DNA from: Verrucomicrobiales bacterium
GTDB lineage: Bacteria > Verrucomicrobiota > Verrucomicrobiia > Verrucomicrobiales > SLCJ01
Direction of reading: 5' to 3'
Assembly: GCA_046075565.1 (NCBI GenBank)
Contig: JBJTQJ010000050.1
Coordinates: 1-51,362, forward strand
DNA length: 51,362 nt
The translations under genes were made by a program, and so were the position numbers. Each line of letters begins with the position of its first letter. The first letter of the stretch is position 1. Under the pieces are notes generated by a model. It worked only from the letters and a program-made list of their open reading frames with translations, made no database searches and was not told where the DNA came from. Positions 10,828-20,940 of this stretch are shown piece by piece.

Positions 10828-12093
10828 TCAGACTCCTTGCTCGCGTTCGAAGAGTCCGCGCAGGCGGTCGGGCTCCGGCTCAGGTTTGGGTTCCTCTTCC
10901 TCGATGCGGTGGATCCATACGCTTTGCACCAGCCCCATCAGGGACATGACTACGAGCAGGAAAGTGCCGCCGTAACTGATGAAGGGCAAAGGGATGCCCG
11001 TGATGGGAGTGAGCAGCACGTTCATGCCGACATTCTGGAAGACGTGGGCGAAGAGGAGCGCGGCGACGCCGGTGACGAGCAATCGTCCTGTTAGATCCCG
11101 TGCCCCGTAGGCGATGACAAGACAAATGACGAGCAGAGCGGCGTAACCGGTGAGCAGCAGCATGGAGCCGCGGAAGCCGTAGCGTTCGGCGAGCACGGCG
11201 AAGATGAAGTCGGTATGGGCGGTCTTGCGGGGAATGAGGCCTTGGGCGTGGAGGGAGTTTTTTCTCTCAGCGAGCGCAGCATCATCCTCGATGGCACCGG
11301 AGGAAGAAACGATGTCGCTATTCATCTGCGCCCTTCCGAAGCCGTTCCAACCTCCTGAGCCGACGGCCGTGCTGGCATAGTGGGCGGCATAACCTTCGCC
11401 GCGGATATCGACCGGGCGTCCTTGAAGCATATCGAGATACACGACAATGCGGGACCGCCGGCTTTCATTCAACCCGAAGAAGTAGAATGGCGGGAGCACG
11501 ATCATGGCGGCGAGGAATACGAGCGCAAGGTGCCGGAACGGGATGTTGCCGACGAGGCAGACGGCCGCGCTCACGGGCAACCACACGAGGGCAGAGCCGA
11601 CATCCCCCTGGAGCAGCACGAGGAGACAGGGCACACCCATGAGGAAGCCGATGAGCGCCAGATTGACGAAGGGCAGGCGGAAGAACCAATGGAACTTTCG
11701 CAGCCCGCCGAGGCCGAAAGAAGCGGCGATGATGGCGGCTCCCATGGCGAATTGTGACGGTTGAAATTGCACGCCAGCGAGTCTCACCCAGCCTTTGGTA
11801 TCATTGATCTCCTCGCCCTTCAGCAAAGCGAAAACCAGCAAGCCAAGACCGACGAGCATACCGGGGGCGGCCACCCAACGCAGCCATTTATAATCGATGA
11901 GCGAGCAGAGGAAGTAGGCGAGGGCACCGGCGAGGGCAAAATTGATCTGGGATTTGTAGGCGTTGAGAATGGATGGGTTGGGATTATTTTCTCCGGCCAC
12001 GGCCACCGCGTTAATGCCGAAAATGATCATGATCGCGAGTGCGCCGGTCAGATACCAGTTCTGGCTGATGATTTTGCGGAGGAGGGGAGACAT
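10828..12093 (-). CDS. rodA: SEDS family peptidoglycan glycosyltransferase RodA/FtsW
   Basis: QFQPSQF, GSGGWNGFG, HTDFIFAVLAERYGF, PITGIPLPFISYGGT; multiple TM helices. Confidence 0.88.
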   Translation of the reverse strand: MSPLLRKIISQNWYLTGALAIMIIFGINAVAVAGENNPNPSILNAYKSQINFALAGALAYFLCSLIDYKWLRWVAAPGMLVGLGLLVFALLKGEEINDTKGWVRLAGVQFQPSQFAMGAAIIAASFGLGGLRKFHWFFRLPFVNLALIGFLMGVPCLLVLLQGDVGSALVWLPVSAAVCLVGNIPFRHLALVFLAAMIVLPPFYFFGLNESRRSRIVVYLDMLQGRPVDIRGEGYAAHYASTAVGSGGWNGFGRAQMNSDIVSSSGAIEDDAALAERKNSLHAQGLIPRKTAHTDFIFAVLAERYGFRGSMLLLTGYAALLVICLVIAYGARDLTGRLLVTGVAALLFAHVFQNVGMNVLLTPITGIPLPFISYGGTFLLVVMSLMGLVQSVWIHRIEEEEPKPEPEPDRLRGLFEREQGV

Positions 12094-12121
12094 GGATACG
12101 AAATGGGGTGGGGCATTTCAG

Positions 12122-12931
12122 TTATTCGTGACGCAGGAACGCGGTGAGCGGGCTGGTGGGAGAGGCGGTGTCGCTCGGTCCGGCGCGGCCGGAGAGCCAA
12201 GCCAAGCGGCCGGCCTCCACGGCCATGCGGAAAGCGCGGGCCATCTCGGACGATTGTTCGGCGATGGCAATGGCGGTATTCACGAGCACGGCGTCGGCTC
12301 CCAATTCGAGGGCCTCCGCGGCATGACTTGGGGCACCGATGCCCGCGTCAACGACCACCGGCACATTGGCCTGCTCGATGATGATTTCGATTTGGCGGCG
12401 GGTTTCCAGCCCGCGGTTGCTGCCGATGGGGGAGCCGAGCGGCATGACGGTGGCCGTGCCGACTTCTTCCAGGCGTTTGGCGAGCACGGGGTCGGCGTTG
12501 ATGTAGGGCAGCACGGTGAAACCGTCCTGCACGAGAATTTCCGCCGCCTTGAGCGTTTCGATGGGGTCGGGCAGAAGGTAGCGGGGATCGGGATGGATTT
12601 CCAATTTCACCCAGTCGGGCAGTCCGGCGGTGCGGGCCAAGCGGGCGAGGCGGACCGCTTCTTCGGCATTCATGGCTCCGCTGGTATTCGGGAGAATCAG
12701 ATAACGCTCCGGGTCGATGAACTCCAGGATATTGGCAAAGGGATCCTTCTTGCCGGTCAGGTCGGCGCGGCGCAGCGCGACGGTCACAATCTCCGTGCCG
12801 CTGGCGGCGAGTGCGTCGGCCATCGTTCGGGGAGAAGGGAATTTCCCCGTGCCCAGCAGAAGACGGGAAGAGAAAGCGCGTCCTCCGATGGTCAGGGGGT
12901 CGGTTTTGGCAGTTGGAAGATCGTTGGACAT
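12122..12931 (-). CDS. thiG: Thiazole synthase
   Basis: [56 protein letters not shown]. Confidence 0.97.
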   Translation of the reverse strand: MSNDLPTAKTDPLTIGGRAFSSRLLLGTGKFPSPRTMADALAASGTEIVTVALRRADLTGKKDPFANILEFIDPERYLILPNTSGAMNAEEAVRLARLARTAGLPDWVKLEIHPDPRYLLPDPIETLKAAEILVQDGFTVLPYINADPVLAKRLEEVGTATVMPLGSPIGSNRGLETRRQIEIIIEQANVPVVVDAGIGAPSHAAEALELGADAVLVNTAIAIAEQSSEMARAFRMAVEAGRLAWLSGRAGPSDTASPTSPLTAFLRHE

Positions 12932-14130
12932 CAGGTCGGTCGGAGCAGTCGGGTGAGGTTGGCGGTGAGATGTCGGGTGAGTTCGGCCGCGGCGGCCTTG
13001 GGCTGGCCCCCGGCGGCCGCGAGCGCTGAAGGCGCGTCCACGGGGGTGTCGAACGTCACATGGGCCGTTCTCCGCACAGAATAACGCGGGGAATCGAGAA
13101 TGTCCTCTTCGAGTTTCAGGATTGTCTCACTCACGCGCTCGCGGGTTGGATTTTCGGTAAGGTAGGTGCCGGGATAGCTGTAGAGCTGGTGGACCCGGTG
13201 GAGATGGACGAATTCCTCGTGCAGAGCCGGGCGTTCGGACGGAGGGAGAGGGGGGTCGGAAAGAAGCTTGCGGCGAAGGTGCCCGCGCACCGAACGGAAT
13301 CGCTCGGGGGTCGATTTTCCGGGAAAGGAAAGTCCAAGTCGGCTTTCGACATCAGAGAGAATCTTTTCCCTGAGGCGAGTCAGCCGTGCGGGCAAGGGAT
13401 CACCCGGGTGGGGAGACCCGAGATAGAGAGGCTCGTGGTTTTCCAAGGCGAACTCCCCGAGAGAGAGCAGTCGATCCACGGGATCGCGGCCGGGAAAAGT
13501 CTGGCCCCGGGTGTGGTATTCAAGGGTGCCAATGCGATCGTCCCAGGTCTTCTCGATTTCCGGCGGGTAGCGGTAAGTCAGCGCCATCGGCACCAGCCAG
13601 GCCTTCTTCCCGTCGGGCATACGCGACGAGGCCTTGAGCAGGATAGATGCGAAGCCATCGTGGATGGGATCGAGCGACTCCTGATGATGGTAGATCTCAC
13701 CTTCGGGAAAAATAACAAGAGGATGTTCTCCAGAAGCGACCGTCTCGATGGCCGTTTTGAGCGCTGATAAATCGGCTCCGTCACGGTCGATGGAGAATGC
13801 TCCAGTGGACTGTAGGGCATAGCTGGCGAGTTTGCCCGATTCGAATCCTTCGCGGGCTGCCATGAAGCGCGGCTTCCACCGTGCACGGGCGGAGATTTGG
13901 AGCATGACGTGGGGGTCGGCATGATCCGCGTGATTGCCCGCGAGCATGACACCTTCGCCGGCAGCGAGCAAAGCGGTGACTTGTTCTTCTCCCGTGCTGG
14001 TGACCGAGGCGACGGCGAACTTGCGCCGCAGATAAAATTTGCCCGAAAGCCAGGTGAAGAAGCGCCGTCGCCAACTATCCTTGAAGGGAGGGCGGAAGCG
14101 ATAGGGGACGACGCGAGGGTCGAATTCCAT
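12931..14130 (-). CDS. Phospholipid/glycerol acyltransferase (PlsC-like)
   Basis: NHADHAD (HX4D) motif, FMAARE, GAFSIDR, IFPEGE. Confidence 0.85.
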   Translation of the reverse strand: MEFDPRVVPYRFRPPFKDSWRRRFFTWLSGKFYLRRKFAVASVTSTGEEQVTALLAAGEGVMLAGNHADHADPHVMLQISARARWKPRFMAAREGFESGKLASYALQSTGAFSIDRDGADLSALKTAIETVASGEHPLVIFPEGEIYHHQESLDPIHDGFASILLKASSRMPDGKKAWLVPMALTYRYPPEIEKTWDDRIGTLEYHTRGQTFPGRDPVDRLLSLGEFALENHEPLYLGSPHPGDPLPARLTRLREKILSDVESRLGLSFPGKSTPERFRSVRGHLRRKLLSDPPLPPSERPALHEEFVHLHRVHQLYSYPGTYLTENPTRERVSETILKLEEDILDSPRYSVRRTAHVTFDTPVDAPSALAAAGGQPKAAAAELTRHLTANLTRLLRPT

Positions 14131-14151
14131 GGCCAGAAGCGGGCCGGAGGT

Positions 14152-14979
14152 TTAGAGACAAAGCCGCTCGAAAAGCTCGTCGAGAGGAAGCTGGAGGCCG
14201 ATGTAAAACTCTCCGAAAATGCCGTAACGTGCCGAGACCTCGTCGAAGCGCATTTCATAGACGATGCTTTTCACGTCGGAGGTCGTGTGTCCTAACAAAG
14301 TCACGCCCCATTCCGCGTCATCGAGGCCGGTGGAGCCGGTGATGAGCTGGAGGATGCGGCCCTTGTAGGACTTGCCGGTTTCGGCATGCCCGGCCATGAG
14401 GCGGCGGCGGGTTTCGTAATCGAGGGAATACCAGTTGTCGGCACCCTCGCGTTTTTTGCTCATATTATAGAAGCACATGACCGGCCAGTCCGGTAACACG
14501 GGATAGAGGCGGTGTTTCGCATAGTGGTCCATGCGGGTGGCGAAGTCGGCGAGTGCGCTTTCCAATGCATCACCTTCCAGCCCTTGGGCGACGAGGGTTT
14601 CGCGATGCTGCGCGGTCGTGGTGGTGTATTCACTACGCTCGGTCATTGAGAGGTAGGAATAGGCCGGTTGGAGGATATCCGGACCCATGACCAGACCGAG
14701 GCGCTTCTCGATGGCACAAGCATTCTGCAAGTCGGGTGTGAGGAGCATGAGGCCGAGATCCGATTTCGGACCGACCATGGCGAAAGTGAGGAGCTGTGTG
14801 CTTTCTTGCGAGCGGATTTCCTGCACGAGGCGGCTGAACTCGGTCTTCGCCTCGCGGCGGTCCTCTTCGGACAGCAAGGACCATTGGGATTGATCCACAT
14901 GATAAAAGAGATGGAGCACCTGCAGGCCTTCGGTAGGCAGCACGGGCCGGTGGCCGCTTGGTTCGATGGATTGGTTCAT
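14152..14979 (-). CDS. chdC: Coproheme decarboxylase (chlorite dismutase-like)
   Basis: EGLQVLHLFY, YSYLSMTERSEY, RLYPVLP, CFYNMSKKR..NWYSL...RRRLMAGH, QLITGSTGLDDAEWGVTL, VYEMRFDEVSARYGIFGEFYIG. Confidence 0.9.
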   Translation of the reverse strand: MNQSIEPSGHRPVLPTEGLQVLHLFYHVDQSQWSLLSEEDRREAKTEFSRLVQEIRSQESTQLLTFAMVGPKSDLGLMLLTPDLQNACAIEKRLGLVMGPDILQPAYSYLSMTERSEYTTTTAQHRETLVAQGLEGDALESALADFATRMDHYAKHRLYPVLPDWPVMCFYNMSKKREGADNWYSLDYETRRRLMAGHAETGKSYKGRILQLITGSTGLDDAEWGVTLLGHTTSDVKSIVYEMRFDEVSARYGIFGEFYIGLQLPLDELFERLCL

Positions 14980-16043
14980 GGGGAAGATTTTTTGTCCAGA
15001 TTCCAGGGGACGGCGAGGCGGCAAAGGAGTTTGAATTCGGACAACGGTGCTCCCGGTCTCGGACCTTCATGGATTTCTATGGTCCATCGTTCGAGGTCGC
15101 GGGAGCGCAGGGCATCGTATTCCAAGCGCGAGCGCAATCCGACCGTGCAGGTGACGACACGATCCAATCCGCCGTTGGCCAATTCGAGATCCACGGTATC
15201 GCCGACCAGTAGCTCGCGTTCGTCCCTGAAGAAAAGGCGGGCCGAGCCCGTGCTGCCCGGTTCAAAACGCATGGAAATGCGAGGCAGGAGCGTTTTGGCA
15301 TTGATGCCACCGGCGAGGGAGCCGGAGTCGTTGTCTTTCCAATCAATCGTCAATTCACGGATGGTCAGTCTTTCGCCTTTGATGGGCAGGTTCGGTGTTA
15401 TCTGGGCGTTGTAAACCGAATCCACCGGAAGGCCGGGGCGCAGGAGGAAATAGAAACCGATGCCGACGACGAACAAGCCGCCTAACAAGATGAGCAGCCA
15501 TTTGCGATCACTTGGGTCGAGATTCAATCTGGGCAGCGCCGTTCCGGGTCCTTGGCTCGCGTTCGGAGCGGCCGCGGGTTGGGCATCGGGAGTGGCGACG
15601 CCCTCGCTTTCCGTCCCTTCTTGCGTATCCCCAGGGGACGATGGCGCTTCTCCGTCAGCGGTCACTTCTTCAGGTGGCTGCTCATCAGGGTTCGCCAACG
15701 CTTCGGCAAGCTCGGCCGGATCCAGCTCTGCTTCCTCACCCTCGGGTGGCGCTTCCGGGCGCAGGACCGGAAATTCAGGAAGATCACCGATGCTCGGCTC
15801 GTCGGCGAGCGGAAGCTCAGCCGGGATCTGCTTGGCCCTGCGATCCGGGGCGTGGACTTTTTTCCAGCGTTTTTTCCCGGTCCCGCCCGCGTCGTCGTCT
15901 TGGGGCTTGTCCGGTTTCTTCTCCGCCGGAATGGGTTTCAGTTCCACGGGGTCGGGCACGATGCCCGCCAAGAGCTCCTGCGCATCCTCCTCCGGGGCAG
16001 CGCTTTTTTTGGGAAGTTGTGGTTTGGTGTCGTCCGGGCTCAT
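14976..16043 (-). CDS. Hypothetical bitopic membrane protein with acidic/Pro-rich N-terminus
   Basis: Starts MSPDDTKPQ; low-complexity E/P/A region, a single TM (WLLILLGGLFVVGIGFYFLL), globular C-terminal part; stop overlaps the chdC ATG. Confidence 0.75.
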   Translation of the reverse strand: MSPDDTKPQLPKKSAAPEEDAQELLAGIVPDPVELKPIPAEKKPDKPQDDDAGGTGKKRWKKVHAPDRRAKQIPAELPLADEPSIGDLPEFPVLRPEAPPEGEEAELDPAELAEALANPDEQPPEEVTADGEAPSSPGDTQEGTESEGVATPDAQPAAAPNASQGPGTALPRLNLDPSDRKWLLILLGGLFVVGIGFYFLLRPGLPVDSVYNAQITPNLPIKGERLTIRELTIDWKDNDSGSLAGGINAKTLLPRISMRFEPGSTGSARLFFRDERELLVGDTVDLELANGGLDRVVTCTVGLRSRLEYDALRSRDLERWTIEIHEGPRPGAPLSEFKLLCRLAVPWNLDKKSSP

Positions 16044-16175
16044 GGTTCGAGTCCCGATCCATACTCGCTTCCGGCCCCGAAGGAAACCGGAAAAATTCGT
16101 AATTGCCCTTGCAGGCGGCGATTGGACCGATACACTCAGGGTGTTCCCCCGAGACACAATCTCAAAATCACGACC

Positions 16176-16406
16176 ATGGCAGACCGCGAAAACCGCTACC
16201 CCAATAATGTCCAAGGCACCTTCTATGTCGATGACCAGTGCATCGATTGCGATTTGTGTCGTGAAACGGCCCCGAAAAACTTCACCCGCAGTGACGATGG
16301 CGGGCATTCCTTCGTTTTCAAACAGCCGGAAAGTGACGAGGAAACCGCCCAGTGCGTCGAGGCGATGGAAGGCTGCCCGGTCGAAGCCATCGGTAACGAC
16401 GGCTAA
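16176..16406 (+). CDS. Ferredoxin (single cluster)
   Basis: FYVDDQCIDCDLCRETAP...CPVEAIG (CxxCxxC...CP). Confidence 0.93.
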   Translation: MADRENRYPNNVQGTFYVDDQCIDCDLCRETAPKNFTRSDDGGHSFVFKQPESDEETAQCVEAMEGCPVEAIGNDG

Positions 16407-16430
16407 GGCCAAAACGGATCACATTTTGCG

Positions 16431-16790
16431 ATGAAACCCTCCCTGCGCCGCCGTGTCTTGAGCGAGTGGCGGGGGTGGACCGAGCCCGAGGACCCGGACC
16501 GCAATCTCCGCACCGCCGCCGAGGCTTTGCGTCCTTGGCTCGAGCAACTCTCCGGCAGTGACTGGTTGGGAGAGGAGCGTATTCGGGAAACTTGGAACCA
16601 GGTCGTTGGTCCATTCCTCGCGACCCATGCCCAGCCGATTGCCCTCAAACGCGGTGCCCTGCACATCCGGGTCGTCCAGCCAGCCGTGCGCCATGCCCTC
16701 GAGCAGGGAATGAAGAAAGAACTCCTCGCCAAACTCCAGCACGCCTTTGGCCGCGATGTCGTGCACAGCCTGGTTTTCACCACCATCTGA
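16431..16790 (+). CDS. DUF721/DciA-family protein
   Basis: W.QVVGPFLATHAQPIALKRGALHIRV..PAVRHAL pattern. Confidence 0.75.
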   Translation: MKPSLRRRVLSEWRGWTEPEDPDRNLRTAAEALRPWLEQLSGSDWLGEERIRETWNQVVGPFLATHAQPIALKRGALHIRVVQPAVRHALEQGMKKELLAKLQHAFGRDVVHSLVFTTI

Positions 16791-16793
16791 GGA

Positions 16794-17825
16794 ATGTTCC
16801 GGAATATCATTTTCGACTGGTCCGGAACCTTGGCCAATGATCTGCCACCCGTCCTCGACGCGACCAATCGCTTGCTCGAATTCCATGGTCGCCCCCACCT
16901 GAGCGAGTTCGAATTCCGCGAGACCTTCCGCCTTCCCTTCAAGGGATTCTACGACGAAGTCCTGCCCGAAGTGCCGCTGGCAGAACTTGAAGTGCTCTTC
17001 GGGGAATTCTTTTCGGCGAGCGCGGCCCCCGTCGTGCTCCTGCCGCACGCGAGGGAATTCCTCGAATTCTGCCAGTCCAAAGGCGTGCGTATGTTCATCC
17101 TGAGCAGTGCCCGCCAAGATTTCCTCGAAAACCAGGCCCGCGAACTCGGTGTGGTCGGATTTTTTGAAACCATCCACGCGGGTGTGCTCGACAAACGCAG
17201 CGCCTTACCCGGCATTCTCGTCGCCCACGGCCTCCGCCCGGATGAAACCGCATTCATTGGTGACATGGAGCACGATGTCGAAACCGCCCTTGCCTGTGGC
17301 GTTCACTCCGTGGCCGTGCTCACGGGTTACGACCCGCCCGCCAAGTTGATGAAAGCCGGACCCGAGGTCGTGGTGGCGGACCTTTCCCGTCTCCGCAGAT
17401 TGCTCGCCGGTTCCGGCCAACCCGGGCATCCCGTTCCCACGGTCGGGGCGGCCATTTTCGACGAAGTGGGCCGTGTTCTCTTGGTCAAGACTTGGAAATG
17501 GGGCGACACATGGGGGATTCCTGGTGGAAAAATCGAACGCGGCGAAACCGCCGATTCCGCCCTCCGGCGGGAAATTCGCGAGGAAACCGGCCTTGAGATC
17601 AAGGATGTGGCCTTTGTGCTCTACCAGGATGCCATCTTGCCCCCGGAATTTTACCGGGAAGACCATTTCCTGCTCCTGAATTTTACCGCAAAATGGGATA
17701 CCGGAGAAGTAGTATTGAACGAAGAGGCCTCGGAGTTTGTCTGGCTCAAACCCGCCCGCGCTCTGGCCGAACTCGACCTCAACCAACCGACCCGCACACT
17801 CCTCGACCACATCGTCGCCCACTGA
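16794..17825 (+). CDS. HAD phosphatase-NUDIX hydrolase fusion
   Basis: HAD motifs IIFDWSGTL, ILSS, K and FIGDMEHD; Nudix box GGKIERGETADSALRREIREETGL. Confidence 0.9.
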   Translation: MFRNIIFDWSGTLANDLPPVLDATNRLLEFHGRPHLSEFEFRETFRLPFKGFYDEVLPEVPLAELEVLFGEFFSASAAPVVLLPHAREFLEFCQSKGVRMFILSSARQDFLENQARELGVVGFFETIHAGVLDKRSALPGILVAHGLRPDETAFIGDMEHDVETALACGVHSVAVLTGYDPPAKLMKAGPEVVVADLSRLRRLLAGSGQPGHPVPTVGAAIFDEVGRVLLVKTWKWGDTWGIPGGKIERGETADSALRREIREETGLEIKDVAFVLYQDAILPPEFYREDHFLLLNFTAKWDTGEVVLNEEASEFVWLKPARALAELDLNQPTRTLLDHIVAH

Positions 17826-17849
17826 ACCGGCGGCAGTCACCTCGCGTCC

Positions 17850-18200
17850 ATGCCCGACACCATCCACATCCGCGGACTCGCTGTTACCTGCCACATCGGG
17901 GCGGGGGAGGAGGAGAGGTCCGAAGCGCAAGAGCTGCGACTAGACCTCGATCTGTTACCTGAAAACGGACTTCAGGGGCTCGAGGACGACCTCGAACGCA
18001 CCATTGACTACCATGCCGTGTCCCTTGCCGTCCAAGCCCTCGCGGCGGCCCGTCCGCGCCGGCTCGTGGAAACCCTGGCTGATGATATTCTCGACCTTCT
18101 CCGGGATGACTTCGGCATCCAAACTGCCCGGGTGACCGTGCGGAAGTTCATTCTTCCCTTCACCGAGTGGGTCGGGGTAACCTTGCAACGCCCCCGATAA
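17850..18200 (+). CDS. folB: Dihydroneopterin aldolase
   Basis: DTIHIRGL...HIG...EER...Q.L.LDL, DDLERTIDY, LVETLA, VRK. Confidence 0.9.
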   Translation: MPDTIHIRGLAVTCHIGAGEEERSEAQELRLDLDLLPENGLQGLEDDLERTIDYHAVSLAVQALAAARPRRLVETLADDILDLLRDDFGIQTARVTVRKFILPFTEWVGVTLQRPR

Positions 18201-18237
18201 GGGAAACCCCCGACTCCGGGCTGGGCCAACCGACCAA

Positions 18238-18852
18238 ATGAGCAGCAACGAGAAAGAACAAACTCTCCCACCCGATGGCGGACCGCCCGACGAGGTTCTC
18301 GTTTCCCGTGCTCGCGAAGGTGACACCGGGGCGTTCGACGTGCTCGTGCGCCGATACCAGCGCCGGATCTACGCGCTTGCCTACCACATGACCTCCCATC
18401 ATCAGGACGCGGATGATGTCGTGCAGGAGACATTTACCAAGGCCTACCGCTCGCTCCGCCGCTTCCACGGCCGGTCGTCCTTCTACACCTGGCTTTACGC
18501 CATCGCTTCGAACCTCTCCCTCAACCTCCTGCGCCGACGCAAACGCCGCCAGTCCACGAGCCTCGACCAACTCGATGAAGATGGCTTCGCCAACGACCCC
18601 GCTTTTGTCGATACCACCCTGGCCGCCGATACCTCCCGCCAGGTCAGAATGCGCGAGATTCAAGAAAAATTGAACGAAGCGCTCCTCACGTTGTCAGACG
18701 ACCATAGAGCCGTAGTGGTCATGCACGATATCGAGGGGATCCCCCATACCGAAATCGCCCGCATCCTCGCGGTTTCCGAGGGAACCGTCCGTTCCCGCCT
18801 CTTCTACGCCCGACGCCTTCTCCAGAGCATGCTCGCCGACTATCTCAATTGA
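18238..18852 (+). CDS. ECF RNA polymerase sigma factor (RpoE-like)
   Basis: GDTGAFDVLVRRYQ, DADDVVQETF, FYTWLYAIA.N, EIARIL..SEGTVRSRLFYAR. Confidence 0.93.
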   Translation: MSSNEKEQTLPPDGGPPDEVLVSRAREGDTGAFDVLVRRYQRRIYALAYHMTSHHQDADDVVQETFTKAYRSLRRFHGRSSFYTWLYAIASNLSLNLLRRRKRRQSTSLDQLDEDGFANDPAFVDTTLAADTSRQVRMREIQEKLNEALLTLSDDHRAVVVMHDIEGIPHTEIARILAVSEGTVRSRLFYARRLLQSMLADYLN

Positions 18853-18874
18853 GCTCAGCCCCGGAAACCAACTC

Positions 18875-19357
18875 ATGCCCGCGCCCCAGCCCACCAACGA
18901 TCAGGCTCTTGTCGAGCTCCTGCGCCTCAAACGCCACGAAACCCCCGGCGAGGACTACTTCGAGGATCTCCTTCCCCGCATCCACACCCGCGTTAGGGTG
19001 GAAATGATGCGCCAATCGTCCGGCAGCCTGTTTCTCGAACGGGTGGGCGTGTTTGTTGATAACTTGGCTGGAGGCCGCTGGGTTGCCGGTGGTATCGCCG
19101 CCTACGCAGCCGCTCTGATCGGCGGACTTTTCCTTTTGCAATGGAGCGCGACCCCGGATGATCCCAGTGCCAACAACCTCCAACCCGTCTCACTGGAAGC
19201 GAACACCCCTGTCGCCCCCGAGGCCATCCGCGTGCCCTTCCGCTTCACCGTCGTGCCGGTGCAGCCTCTTCCCGGAATACCCGCGCAGCAAACCACTCCG
19301 TCGGTAAATCCCAGCCGCGAGGCGACTGTGCCCGCCGGGAAAGATGGCGCGCGATAA
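18875..19357 (+). CDS. Putative membrane anti-sigma factor
   Basis: Directly downstream of the ECF sigma; LLRLKRHETPGEDYF N-terminus and a single TM. Confidence 0.65.
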   Translation: MPAPQPTNDQALVELLRLKRHETPGEDYFEDLLPRIHTRVRVEMMRQSSGSLFLERVGVFVDNLAGGRWVAGGIAAYAAALIGGLFLLQWSATPDDPSANNLQPVSLEANTPVAPEAIRVPFRFTVVPVQPLPGIPAQQTTPSVNPSREATVPAGKDGAR

Positions 19358-19416
19358 GGGTTGATAGAACCGCCCCCGAGGAAAGTGACTGTTTTCGAAC
19401 CTGCGAGAAATTCGGC

Positions 19417-20919
19417 CTATTTCCCCGGCTTATCGGGGTTCATCCGTTTGAGTTCGGCTTTCGTGGGTTCGCCGCCGAATTGCTGGTAGTAGGCGGCGGC
19501 GAAGGGATTGATTTTGGGCCCGACGACCTTTTCATTGACCAGCTTCGGAAGGCAGCGCGCCCACCATTCGTCGAAGGCGCCCGCGAGATACTTGACTACC
19601 TCGGGATTCCCGGCGGCAACATCGCTTTGTTGCCCTGGGTCCTTTTCGAGATCGAACAATTGCCAATCGGACTGCTTTCCGCCCTTGATGCTCACCAGCG
19701 CCCAGCGGGAGTTACGAACGGCGGTATTGGAGAACTTAAAGTCATCCGGATTGGCCGACTTCGGCCAGCGCCCCACATGGGTGAAAATTTTCCGATCCGG
19801 CCATTCGGCATCTCCGCTCCCCAGCAAGGGCAGCAGGCTGCGGCCCTCGATTTGTTTCTTCGCTTTTTCGGTTAAGGTCGCCCCCGCGATTTCCGCGAGC
19901 GTCGGGAAGACGTCGATGTGCGCGGTCAGTTGCTTGCGGATGCCGGGTTTCAATCTACCGGGCCATCGCCAGAAGGAGGACACCCTCGTGCCTCCGAGCC
20001 AGGGGGTGCCTTTTTTTCCGCGCATGCCGGCATTAAAAATGCCCTCGCCCTGGGCCGTCCCGTTATCATTCGTGAAGATCACGAGGGTGTCCCGTTCGAT
20101 GCCCATGGCCTTGAGGTCATCCATCAGCTTTCCGATATTCTCGTCGATGTTGTGAATCATTCCGTAGAAGTGGGCGGTTTGCCGATCTGGAACCTTGTCC
20201 AGATAAAGGGCGGCATCTTGCTCGCGGGCGATATAGGGACTATGCGGCGCGTTGGTCGTGATGTTCGCAAAGAACGGTTTTCCCGCCTCGTGTTGTGTCT
20301 TCATCCAAAGACGGGCCTGCGTGAAAAAGAGATCGGTGCAATAGCCTTCGGTGCGTATAAACTTCCCATTGTGGCGGATGACCGGATCAAAATACTTGTT
20401 TCCGGGTGCATCTCCACAAGAGCCCGGATAACTCTGCCCGATACCCCCGGCACCGTGGATGAATGATTCGCTGAATCCCCGTTGGCTCGGCTGATAGGCG
20501 TCCTCATCGCCCAGATGCCATTTGCCGAAGATACCGGTGGCGTAACCACTCTGGCTCAACACTTGCGGCAAAGTGATGGCATCAAGGGTCAAGCGTTCCC
20601 GTTCCAGGATGGTGTGGGTTACCCCATTCATGAAGTCGTGACGCCCGGTGTGAGTCGCGCTGCGTGTGGGCGCACACGTCGGACTGACAAGAAAATTATC
20701 CAAGGCAACCGCTTCGCCGCGGAGTCGATCAAGATTCGGGGTCTTGAGTATGGGATTCCCGTGGGCGGAGATGTCGCCGTAACCCTGATCATCGGTCATG
20801 ATGAGGATGATGTTGGGCGACTTGGAGGAGGGGACTTCCGCGTTGGCCGAGGGGACAAACCAAGCCAGCAGTGTGGTGGCAAGAAGGGCGGAGAAGGAAA
20901 GGGGAAACGGTCGAGTCAT
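19417..20919 (-). CDS. Arylsulfatase (S1)
   Basis: Signal peptide, PNIILIMTDDQGYGD, CAPTR, GKWHLG, NAPHSP, NDNG. Confidence 0.93.
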   Translation of the reverse strand: MTRPFPLSFSALLATTLLAWFVPSANAEVPSSKSPNIILIMTDDQGYGDISAHGNPILKTPNLDRLRGEAVALDNFLVSPTCAPTRSATHTGRHDFMNGVTHTILERERLTLDAITLPQVLSQSGYATGIFGKWHLGDEDAYQPSQRGFSESFIHGAGGIGQSYPGSCGDAPGNKYFDPVIRHNGKFIRTEGYCTDLFFTQARLWMKTQHEAGKPFFANITTNAPHSPYIAREQDAALYLDKVPDRQTAHFYGMIHNIDENIGKLMDDLKAMGIERDTLVIFTNDNGTAQGEGIFNAGMRGKKGTPWLGGTRVSSFWRWPGRLKPGIRKQLTAHIDVFPTLAEIAGATLTEKAKKQIEGRSLLPLLGSGDAEWPDRKIFTHVGRWPKSANPDDFKFSNTAVRNSRWALVSIKGGKQSDWQLFDLEKDPGQQSDVAAGNPEVVKYLAGAFDEWWARCLPKLVNEKVVGPKINPFAAAYYQQFGGEPTKAELKRMNPDKPGK

Positions 20920-20940
20920 GTCCGGTTTTTTGGATTGCCC

